Shown here: positions 43,106 through 52,108 of the stretch, piece after piece
Layout: each line of letters starts with the position of its first letter
Position numbering within the stretch: the stretch's first letter is position 1
NCBI GenBank assembly: GCA_000004985.1
Contig: GG738882.1
DNA length: 64,000 nucleotides
From: Naegleria gruberi
Taxonomy: Eukaryota
Strand: one strand, 5' to 3'
Program-made: the position numbers and the translations under genes
The notes under the pieces: generated by a model
Seen by the model: the letters and a program-made list of their open reading frames with translations, nothing else
Databases searched by the model: none
Told to the model about the DNA's origin: nothing

Positions 43106-44365
43106 TTAGAAATAAATATCATAATTGTGTTTTGGAATTTTTGAGAATAAGCTAATAGGATGTTGAATCAGAAGGGCATTAGTATTCTTATCTTGATAAA
43201 CTACTGATACAACATTTCCAAATCCAAACATTTCCCTTCTTGTTCTTGCTAATAAAACTCTTCCAAATTGAGGATCCCTTTCAAATGTTGTAAGGAAACC
43301 ATTTTGAGACATTAAGCTGTCATGCCCCGTTTGAAACCTGTGGGATATCTTAATTCCAATTCTTAGTTTGTTTCCAGAGCCCTGTATTCTTTCAATTTTC
43401 CCAAATAGTTTGGATTTGCAAAAAATCCAACATGTTTGATTAATATATATATCCTTATTGATGTTATCTGAGTTGAAATGAGTATAATCAATCCAAAACG
43501 AATCTACCTTAATCATTTTAATCTTTTCCGAATAGTAATTTCCACTTAAAAAGTGTTTATACTTATGAGAATAAGAGCGTGGAATCAATTCTTTCATAAA
43601 AGGAGCAAAGAATATATTACCAGGAAGAAATACTTTAGGTTTTTCATAACTAAAAGTTGCCAAGTAATCGGCACCCTCTACTTTAAACTTTCGTTCTCCA
43701 TTATTCGTATTAAAATAAATTTCCTCTCCTTGATGAACTATTCCACTTAATACTTTAAAATGACAAGTGGCATACAATCTACAAGAATAAACAGTTTGTA
43801 ACATTTGTATTCTGACAGGTTGAGCAGCCAATCGATCAAAATCTATTTTAATAGGCAACGAGTGAATCCAATCCTTAACTTTGTCAATTGAATTCCAATT
43901 TAAAAATTCACAAGTCAATTCAACCACTGATTCTTTTCTAATTACTTTTCTAATCCAATCATAAACTTGATCATTACTTTTAACATTCCGATTATTATCC
44001 ACCAACAATAAAATCCTATCAATTAAAGAATAATTCACCATTCGAATACAATCTCTCAATCGTTGATACATAATTTCATCATCAGTACTTTCAACAATGA
44101 TAATTGCATAATCCGAAACCATCAATGCCTTGTTCATATTTGTGATGGTGCACTGTCTAGCGCCTATCCCCACCAATTGAATAATTAATTTCCTATCAAC
44201 ATCATCATCATTCATTGAATTCGGATCATTCATTACATTGTAATTGATGGTTCTTCTCCATGTAAAATTATATAGTTTGAAATATCGGTAAAATCGCTCG
44301 GAATGATCCGAGTGATCTCCTATCAGTGCAATCGTGATATTTTCTCTAAAGTAATGTTGAGACAT
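43106..44365 (-). CDS. eEF1A/HBS1/Ski7-family translational-GTPase-like protein with degenerate G motifs (predicted pseudo-GTPase).
   Basis: 419 aa. The G-domain aligns to eEF1A: NITIALIGDHSDHSE against NIVVIGHVDSGKST, CTITNMNKALMVSDYAIIIVESTDDE against [28 protein letters not shown], and LLLVDNNRNV against LIVGVNKMDS. Domain III aligns as well (GRVLLARTRREMFGFGNVVSV against [20 protein letters not shown]). The P-loop Lys, the DxxG motif and the NKxD motif are all lost. Confidence 0.55.
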   Translation of the reverse strand: MSQHYFRENITIALIGDHSDHSERFYRYFKLYNFTWRRTINYNVMNDPNSMNDDDVDRKLIIQLVGIGARQCTITNMNKALMVSDYAIIIVESTDDEIMYQRLRDCIRMVNYSLIDRILLLVDNNRNVKSNDQVYDWIRKVIRKESVVELTCEFLNWNSIDKVKDWIHSLPIKIDFDRLAAQPVRIQMLQTVYSCRLYATCHFKVLSGIVHQGEEIYFNTNNGERKFKVEGADYLATFSYEKPKVFLPGNIFFAPFMKELIPRSYSHKYKHFLSGNYYSEKIKMIKVDSFWIDYTHFNSDNINKDIYINQTCWIFCKSKLFGKIERIQGSGNKLRIGIKISHRFQTGHDSLMSQNGFLTTFERDPQFGRVLLARTRREMFGFGNVVSVVYQDKNTNALLIQHPISLFSKIPKHNYDIYF

Positions 44366-44649
44366 TTTTTTCTAATATTCTCTTTACAATTTTGTTACAA
44401 CAAAGAAATTGGATCAATTACAAAGAGTATTATTGAATGACAAAATTTGATCTACAGTTCTTTTTCTAAAGTGCCATAGTACTGCTTCTCTATTCTCTCC
44501 AATTTTCAATTTTTCATTCACCAACTTCATCTTTTTCAAAAAGTTCTATTTTTACAACAAGAATTCACCTTTGCTATTTAAACAAAAAACAAGCAACGGC
44601 CTTTGATTTCATAATTATAAAAAAATAGAACAACAACAATAACGAGAAA

Positions 44650-47600
44650 ATGAACGGTGCCTTTACCTACTCACCAGTGGATTTGTCTTCCATTGATAGA
44701 ATTCAGTTTGGCATTTTGAATCCACATGTGGTTGAGAAAATGTCTGCATGTGAAATAATTCATGCCGAAACTGAGGAGAAAGGTCTTCCAAAGGAAGGTG
44801 GTTTGATGGATCTTCGTATGGGAACTGTAAATAGTGCACTCTCCTGTATGACATGTGGCTGTGGAGTGAGTGAATGTCCAGGACACTTTGGACATGTCAA
44901 TATTCATCCAACATTTAATATATTATTCCTAAAGACAATTGTCAAGATATTGAAATGTACATGTGTCCATTGCAGTAGATTGCTCTTCAATAGAAACACT
45001 CCAGAATTCAAGAGAATCCAACAAATCGCCAACAAACGAAAAAGATTTAACGAATTGATGAAACTGAAACCAATGGACAAGTGCATGATTGATGATTATA
45101 CAGGTTGTGGTGGTATTCAACCTAAAATATCGAAGAATCAACTGTCCATCACTCAAATATTTCCAAATTCCAATGAAATCAAGCAAGAAATCAAAGCTGA
45201 AAGTGTCTTGCAGATTTTCAAGAGAATTTCAACACAAGATTTGGAATTACTTGGTTTTGATTCAATTAATTCGAATCCAGAATGGATGATATTAACTTGT
45301 CTTCCAGTGCCACCTCCACATGTTCGTCCTTCTGTGATGCATGGCTTGAATGATAAGGCAGAAGATGATTTGACTCATAAACTTGCTGACATTATCAAGT
45401 CAAATGCCACAATTCAGAAATTGAGCAAATCTGGATCTCCACAACATTATCTTGATGACATGATCAAGATTTTGCAATATCATTGTGCTACTTATATGAA
45501 TAATGAAATTTCTGGAGTGCCAATGTCAACTACCAAGAATGGAAGAATGTTAAAAAGTTTGAGACAAAGATTGAAGGGCAAGGAAGGACGTGTCAGAGGT
45601 AATTTGATGGGTAAACGTGTAGATTTCTCAGCAAGAACTGTGATTACTCCAGATCCAACCATTGAAATAGATCAGGTTGGTGTTCCAAGAACAATTGCAA
45701 GAAATATGACAGTTCCAGAAAAAGTGACACCTTTCAACTTTGAGAGAATGAATGAATTGGTCATGAATGGTCCAGAAACCTATCCAGGTGCTAAATACGT
45801 CCTTCGTGATGATGGTACTCGAATTGATTTGAAATTTCTTTCAGATAGATCAACAGATCAAGTTCAATTACAATACGGTTACACAATTGAACGTCATTTA
45901 CAAGATGGTGATGTCGTTCTCTTCAATAGACAACCTTCCCTTCACAAAATGTCCATGATGGGTCACAGAGTTAAGGTTATGCCTTACAGCACTTTCAGAT
46001 TAAATCTCTCCGTAGTAACTCCGTACAATGCCGATTTTGACGGAGATGAAATGAATTTGCATTTGCCTCAATCTTTGCAAACCAAAACTGAATTGTTAGA
46101 GCTCATGATGGTTCCAAAGAATATCATCACTCCTCAAAGTCATCGTCCTCTCATTGCACTAGTTCAGGATACATTACTGGCAGGTTCAAAATGTACAAGA
46201 AGAGATGTCTATATTGAGAAGGATGTCATGATGAATTGTCTAATGTATTTGCAAGATTTTAATGGTCAATTGCCAGTTCCAGCAATTTTAAAGCCAAAAC
46301 CATTGTGGACTGGAAAACAATTATTTTCACTTCTATTACCCTCAATTGACTATTATGGAATTTCTTCCACACACGATGATGAAGTTGGAGATTTGAAACA
46401 TTTGGATGATCATTTACCTGAATTCGATACTGGAATAATCATTTCTAATGGAGAACTCTTAACAGGTATTTTAGATAAGAAATCTTTAGGGTCATCCCAT
46501 GGCTCCTTAATTCACATCATTGTTAATGATAAGGGAACTCAGGAAGGAAAGAAATTCCTTGGACAATGTCAACATGTACTGAACTATTGGTTGCTTCAAC
46601 ACGGATTCAGTGTTGGTATTGGAGATACAATTGCAGATGGGGAAACTGTTAAGAAAATTGAAGAAATCATTAATAATGCTGAGAGAGAAGTTAAGAAAAT
46701 TGTCAAACAAGCTCATAATGGATTGGTGACAGCTGAACCTGGAAGAACAGTTGAGCAATCATTTGAAAGATCAATCAATTCAACATTAAATGCCGCCAGA
46801 GAGGATGCTGGTATGCATGTCAAAAAGTCACTCAAAGATTCGAATAGCATCAAATCAATGGTTACTTCAGGAAGTAAGGGTTCCTACCTTAACATTTCAC
46901 AAATCATTGCCTGTGTCGGTCAACAAAACGTTGAAGGTAAGAGAGTACCTTTCGGATTCAAGAACAGAACACTCCCTCACTTTAGTACAGATGATCATGG
47001 ACCTGAGAGTCGTGGTTTTGTTGCCAACAGTTACCTCAGAGGACTTACACCTCAGGAATTCTTCTTCCACACAATGGGAGGTCGTGAAGGGTTGATTGAT
47101 ACAGCTGTCAAGACAGCTGAGACTGGTTATATTCAGAGAAGATTGGTGAAGGCCATGGAAGATGTTAAGGTCAACTATGACGGAACTGTGAGAGATGCTT
47201 CTGGAAATATTATCCAGTTCTTGTATGGTGAAGATGGAATGGATCCAATCAAGTTGGAAAGCCAATCGTTTGAAATGTTAAGTTTGAGTGATGAGATATT
47301 TGAAGAAAAGTACAAATGGTCAACCAAGTTGGAAGACCACAACATTCCAGAAAGTGATTTGAATGAAATTTCCTTAGATTTTGCCAATTATTTGATGAAA
47401 CTGAATGATGAATATAAAAAATTGCAAGAATATCGTCACTTGGTAAGAGATGAAATATTACAATCAGTAGATTCAAAGATTGTCTTTCCAGTCAACTTGT
47501 CCAGATTGATCAAGAGAGTTCAAAGAGAATATGGTAGAAAGCACTCTACTTTCAACAACTCCTCAGATTTGAATCCACTCTACGTTATCAAGAAGGTCAA

Positions 47601-49602
47601 CTCTACATGTGAAGAGCTACTCATCATTAAGGGAAAAGATAAATTATCAGAAGAAGCTCAAAGAAATGCAATTTTGCTTTTTTCAATTTTCTTGAAATTT
47701 TCATTGGCATCCAAGGTTGTTATGAATGAATTGAATTTGACTCGAGAATCTCTTGAATATTTATTGGGAGAGGTCAAGTACACATTCTTGAATGGTTTGG
47801 TTCAACCTGGTGAAATGGTTGGTTGCATTGCAGCTCAGTCAATTGGTGAACCTGCTACTCAAATGACTTTGAATACCTTTCACAATGCTGGTGTTTCGTC
47901 TAAGAATGTTACTTTGGGTGTTCCTCGATTGAAAGAACTCCTCGATGTTTCAAGAAATATCAAAACTCCTGGGTTGACCATTTATCTCAAAAATGATAAT
48001 GATTGTGAAATTGCCAAAATGGTTAAGGAAGAATTGGAATATTCTAATTTAGGTTCCATTACTAGATCTACTCAGATTATCTACGATCCAGATATTTTCA
48101 ATTCAGTTATTGAAAGTGATCAATTTTTCATTAGAGAAATGCTGGAAGAAAAAACCATTGATCCTAATACGTTTAGTCCATGGTCATTGAGATTCGTATT
48201 AGATAGAGAAATGATGAGTGAACATTTGAACATGTCTCAGATTGCAAATATTATCAAACAAGAATTTCAAAATGACATTTCATGTTTCTATTCGGATGAT
48301 AATTCAGAGGAGTTAATCTTGATAATTCGTATTCGAAACAGTGAGAAATCCAAATCTGAAACTGAGGACGATGAAGAGGATTCTTCCATGATTGTTGAAT
48401 TCCTTAAAAGACTCGAGTCCAACATGCTTAGTCAACTCTCCCTTAAAGGTCACAACAATCTCAAGAAGGTTTTCTACAGAAAAGATGAAAATATTAAATT
48501 CTTTTCCAATAAGGGAGTTGAAAAGAAGACAAGATGGTCATTAGAAACAGAAGGTTGTGATTTACTTTCAGTCATGTCTCATCCACAAGTTGATTTTAGA
48601 AATACCTTGTCAAATGATGTTATTGAAGTTGAGAAAGTGTTGGGAATTGAAGCTTGTAGAAATTTATTAATGAAAGAATTGAGAAAGGTTATTGAGTTTG
48701 ATGGTTCCTATGTCAATTATAGACATTTGGCTATTTTATGTGATGTAATGACTCAAGGAGGTGTTATTACAGCTGTCACTCGTCACGGTTTGGCCAGAAG
48801 TGATAATGGACCACTTATGAGATGTTCATTCGAGCAAACAGTTGAAGTACTTGTGGAAGCAGCTCAATTTTCAGATGTTGATACCTTGAAAGGAGTTTCA
48901 GCCAATGTTATGGTTGGTAAATTGGCTCCGATTGGAACAGGAACTTTTGATCTAGTCCTAGATGAGCAATTATTGAAGGAAACCATTCAACCAACCTTTA
49001 TGAAGGCTTCTCATTTGACAAATATTTCAATAAGCTCTCCTCATGCTGTCATGACTCCTTATCACTCAACTTTCTCTACACCTTCCTGTTCAACACCATT
49101 CTCTTCATCACCATCTAGTCCTTGGACTCCACAATATTCTCCATACACTTCTGCATTTTCACCAATTACATCCATTGCAAGTTCTCCAACAAGTCATAAT
49201 GCAAGCTATTCACCAAGTGCAAATCATAATTATTCACCAAGCAGCCCAGCCAATTATAGCCCAAGCTCACCATTAGGATCTTATTCACCAAGTAGTCCAA
49301 ATTATAGAGACTATAGTCCAACATCTCCATTAATTAATGGTCCAATGTCACCAATCTATAGTCCTTCTTCACCTGCCTACACTCCAATGAATAGTCCTGG
49401 AAGATATAGCCCTAGCTCTCCTGCATTCTCACCTCTGAGTCCAAATGTTTATTCACCATCCAGTCCTGGAAGATACAGCCCTAGCTCTCCATCAAGTCCT
49501 AATATTTATTCACCAACTAGTCCAATCTATAGTCCAACATCTCCATACTCTCCGTCAAGTCCAAGTTTTAGCCCAACTTCACCAATAGATTGGAAACAAT
49601 AG
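44650..49602 (+). CDS. rpb1: DNA-directed RNA polymerase II largest subunit (RPB1), with a short degenerate CTD.
   Basis: 1650-aa intronless ORF. Clamp zinc motifs (CMTCGCGVSECPGHFGH), the catalytic NADFDGDEMNLH motif and a trigger-loop/bridge region. The C-terminal tail carries about 15 imperfect heptads (YSPSSPA, NYSPSSP, YSPTSP, GRYSPSSP...). Confidence 0.95.
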   Translation: MNGAFTYSPVDLSSIDRIQFGILNPHVVEKMSACEIIHAETEEKGLPKEGGLMDLRMGTVNSALSCMTCGCGVSECPGHFGHVNIHPTFNILFLKTIVKILKCTCVHCSRLLFNRNTPEFKRIQQIANKRKRFNELMKLKPMDKCMIDDYTGCGGIQPKISKNQLSITQIFPNSNEIKQEIKAESVLQIFKRISTQDLELLGFDSINSNPEWMILTCLPVPPPHVRPSVMHGLNDKAEDDLTHKLADIIKSNATIQKLSKSGSPQHYLDDMIKILQYHCATYMNNEISGVPMSTTKNGRMLKSLRQRLKGKEGRVRGNLMGKRVDFSARTVITPDPTIEIDQVGVPRTIARNMTVPEKVTPFNFERMNELVMNGPETYPGAKYVLRDDGTRIDLKFLSDRSTDQVQLQYGYTIERHLQDGDVVLFNRQPSLHKMSMMGHRVKVMPYSTFRLNLSVVTPYNADFDGDEMNLHLPQSLQTKTELLELMMVPKNIITPQSHRPLIALVQDTLLAGSKCTRRDVYIEKDVMMNCLMYLQDFNGQLPVPAILKPKPLWTGKQLFSLLLPSIDYYGISSTHDDEVGDLKHLDDHLPEFDTGIIISNGELLTGILDKKSLGSSHGSLIHIIVNDKGTQEGKKFLGQCQHVLNYWLLQHGFSVGIGDTIADGETVKKIEEIINNAEREVKKIVKQAHNGLVTAEPGRTVEQSFERSINSTLNAAREDAGMHVKKSLKDSNSIKSMVTSGSKGSYLNISQIIACVGQQNVEGKRVPFGFKNRTLPHFSTDDHGPESRGFVANSYLRGLTPQEFFFHTMGGREGLIDTAVKTAETGYIQRRLVKAMEDVKVNYDGTVRDASGNIIQFLYGEDGMDPIKLESQSFEMLSLSDEIFEEKYKWSTKLEDHNIPESDLNEISLDFANYLMKLNDEYKKLQEYRHLVRDEILQSVDSKIVFPVNLSRLIKRVQREYGRKHSTFNNSSDLNPLYVIKKVNSTCEELLIIKGKDKLSEEAQRNAILLFSIFLKFSLASKVVMNELNLTRESLEYLLGEVKYTFLNGLVQPGEMVGCIAAQSIGEPATQMTLNTFHNAGVSSKNVTLGVPRLKELLDVSRNIKTPGLTIYLKNDNDCEIAKMVKEELEYSNLGSITRSTQIIYDPDIFNSVIESDQFFIREMLEEKTIDPNTFSPWSLRFVLDREMMSEHLNMSQIANIIKQEFQNDISCFYSDDNSEELILIIRIRNSEKSKSETEDDEEDSSMIVEFLKRLESNMLSQLSLKGHNNLKKVFYRKDENIKFFSNKGVEKKTRWSLETEGCDLLSVMSHPQVDFRNTLSNDVIEVEKVLGIEACRNLLMKELRKVIEFDGSYVNYRHLAILCDVMTQGGVITAVTRHGLARSDNGPLMRCSFEQTVEVLVEAAQFSDVDTLKGVSANVMVGKLAPIGTGTFDLVLDEQLLKETIQPTFMKASHLTNISISSPHAVMTPYHSTFSTPSCSTPFSSSPSSPWTPQYSPYTSAFSPITSIASSPTSHNASYSPSANHNYSPSSPANYSPSSPLGSYSPSSPNYRDYSPTSPLINGPMSPIYSPSSPAYTPMNSPGRYSPSSPAFSPLSPNVYSPSSPGRYSPSSPSSPNIYSPTSPIYSPTSPYSPSSPSFSPTSPIDWKQ
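49105..49590 (+). repeat. Coding heptad-like tandem repeats: the RPB1 CTD, degenerate YSP(S/T)SP units.
   Basis: Visible periodicity of (t/c)attcaccaag(t/c)agtcca / tatagtccaacatctcca units within the 3' end of the RPB1 ORF. Confidence 0.7.
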
Positions 49603-49954
49603 AATAAAATAAACACATTGATGTGAATTATGTTGTATTAAGGGTTCAAAATCATGTTCATGTGAAATTATGAGAAATGTGCATATAGAGAAGCTAAATC
49701 TTAGTAAATAGGAATTGGTCCTACTTTTTGAGAGGCTTACAGTAACGTCAATATTACTACGCCGTAAAGTTAGAGTTCTCCAATTTCTATAACACCAAAT
49801 AAATTCTCGCTATCAAAACGGCAATTGGAAAGCTTACGGCGAGCACAATTTTTTATTAAGGATGATTGTTGCTTTATTCGTTCGTTGAGCGAATTGGGAT
49901 TTTCGCAAGAACACTTCTGCCTTAAAAACAAATACAAAAAAAATCTGTAACACC

Positions 49955-50413
49955 ATGATGGAACATCTAGCAAGAATGAATTGTTTGGAAAAGAAGCCTT
50001 GTAGTGAGGTAGAAGATCCTGTCCAAGACTTGTATTATAAAAGTGAAAAGCCGAATCGATCATTATCGCTGGGGTGGTGTGTTGGTGTCTTTATGGTACT
50101 GATTTTGACAATATTCATCGATGATACTTTTTCAAGTCAGCCTTTTCAATATGAAGTATCACAAATTCTCTTATTGAATATCCTCTATTTCATGCTGTCT
50201 ACTACATCATTGGTATTCTCATTGATTTTGGTGAGCAATCCTCAATTTTGTTTATCTCTTACTGATGATAAGGAAGGAATACTCAGAGAAAATTTGAGTC
50301 CTATGCTGAATTGTATCATGTATGCCTTGTTGATGGTATTTACCATCTTATGGGTTGTGAGTGTCAAGGCTTTATTTCATTCCGTCCTTGTATCATTATC
50401 TTATTCATTGTAG
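49955..50413 (+). CDS. Hypothetical small multi-pass membrane protein.
   Basis: 152-aa ORF with three or four hydrophobic helices. No homology recognised. Confidence 0.3.
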   Translation: MMEHLARMNCLEKKPCSEVEDPVQDLYYKSEKPNRSLSLGWCVGVFMVLILTIFIDDTFSSQPFQYEVSQILLLNILYFMLSTTSLVFSLILVSNPQFCLSLTDDKEGILRENLSPMLNCIMYALLMVFTILWVVSVKALFHSVLVSLSYSL

Positions 50414-50562
50414 AGTCATCTATTCGAGAATGAAGTTTTTACAATACTATAGCTGCGAGTTGTACCATATCCTATTCTTTTGTTAATTATATTAAATTCT
50501 TAATCATAATTACTATTTAATTTAAATTTAATATCATCAACTATTTTCAGAAATTTTAAAAA

Positions 50563-51897
50563 ATGTTCAAATTAATTCCGTCATCTTCATCATTATCCAT
50601 GTTGATGAAATCCAATCAATTACGGAGTCGATTTGCCATCACTCATTCTATTAACAAGCACAAATTATTCGGAATAAACAATAGATACTTTTCAATTCTT
50701 TCATCAAAACAATTTCAACAACAACAAATAATTTCTCCCACTAACAATGAACAAGAAAAAGCACTTTTGGAACAAGAAGAATGTAATAGAGTATTTAAAT
50801 TATTGGATAATTATCCAAAGGAGACGGGTATCATTTTACATGAAATTAAAAAACAATTAACAAGATTGGAATTAGGAAAAGGAAAGAGAGAAGCAGGCCA
50901 ATTGATTGGTCTATTGAAGATTACACTTCCTTGGCTGAAGAATTTTCTCACCACTTCAATACAAATGAAGGATATGACATTCCTGCTGAAATATTTCAAT
51001 AAGGATGTGTTTATTGGAGATAGAGCCAATCCAGAAATTGTTTCGAGGCAGGTTTCACTCATGAGTCCTATTGAGCAGCCAGTTTTTAATGAAATGACAA
51101 TTAAGGAACCTGAAAGGAAGAGAATTATTTTCACTGATATTCAATCATGTGGACCATGGATTGATTTGCTGGTGAGTCATAACAAGACGATTTGCTTTGA
51201 TTGTGAGTGGAATTTTCATTCGAGGTCAACTGATGGACCTAAAGTGATTCAACTATCGAATGGATGGCTCACTCTAATCATTTACGTGGATTCAATACAA
51301 GTATCAAGTGGGAAAATTCATGATCTCTTCTGGGATAAGAAAATTACAAAGTTTGGATATGACATTAGTCCAGATGTGAAACGTTTATCAAATTGGTTCA
51401 ACTACAAGAAATTGAATCCCCTCCCAGAAATGAGCAACCTTTCGAGTATTGGAATTCTAGATGCTGATCCTCTCAAATTTGGTCTCACTAATTTACTAAA
51501 ATTTGGAGTTGTTAAGGGAAGAGAAATTGTACCACTTGTTGGAAAACAAAAAAACAATTACAATTTTCACATTTGGAATTTGGATCAATTAGATCCATAC
51601 ACTGGCAATGGAATGCACCACTTGGAATACGCAGCCAGTGACGTCATTGCAGGATTCTACTACTTCTCCAATGCTGACATTCACTCCAAAGATAATCAAG
51701 ATTTAAATTATTGGATCAATATTCTTAACCAGAATGGATTCCCAAATACTGAACCACGAGCTACCAACGAAGAATTGAAAAGAGTTGTCAATATTGCCAC
51801 CAATCAACGATTGAATTATACAGATACTTCTTTCGGTATTCCACTCTTTTTCTCTATTGATGATCATCAGAAGAATAAATCATTGAGGTATAGATGA
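50563..51897 (+). CDS. 3'-5' exonuclease domain protein (DEDDy; WRN-exo / EXD2 / RNase D-like), possibly organellar.
   Basis: 444 aa. Exo I ICFDCEWNF, Exo II KFGYDISPDVKRL and Exo III YAASDVIAGFYY motifs are in canonical order and spacing. The N-terminus (MFKLIPSSSSLSMLMKSNQLRSRFAITHS) is Ser/basic and acid-free, like a mitochondrial presequence. ATG behind aaaaaa. Confidence 0.6.
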   Translation: MFKLIPSSSSLSMLMKSNQLRSRFAITHSINKHKLFGINNRYFSILSSKQFQQQQIISPTNNEQEKALLEQEECNRVFKLLDNYPKETGIILHEIKKQLTRLELGKGKREAGQLIGLLKITLPWLKNFLTTSIQMKDMTFLLKYFNKDVFIGDRANPEIVSRQVSLMSPIEQPVFNEMTIKEPERKRIIFTDIQSCGPWIDLLVSHNKTICFDCEWNFHSRSTDGPKVIQLSNGWLTLIIYVDSIQVSSGKIHDLFWDKKITKFGYDISPDVKRLSNWFNYKKLNPLPEMSNLSSIGILDADPLKFGLTNLLKFGVVKGREIVPLVGKQKNNYNFHIWNLDQLDPYTGNGMHHLEYAASDVIAGFYYFSNADIHSKDNQDLNYWINILNQNGFPNTEPRATNEELKRVVNIATNQRLNYTDTSFGIPLFFSIDDHQKNKSLRYR

Positions 51898-52108
51898 TCA
51901 CTTAACAAAGAGAGAAATTCCAACGTCTGAACTCAATCCTTTCCATTCTTAATCACTCAGGTAAACCATTAGAAACTAATCCTTCCATTATTCGCCAAAC
52001 ATTGCAGGTATCACTGTGGATGAAAATCGTCTCATTTCACATCGAGAGAAGAAACAAGTGGAAAAAATAGCAAGACGAAACTCTGTGGTGTGACAATCTA
52101 ATTTCGTC

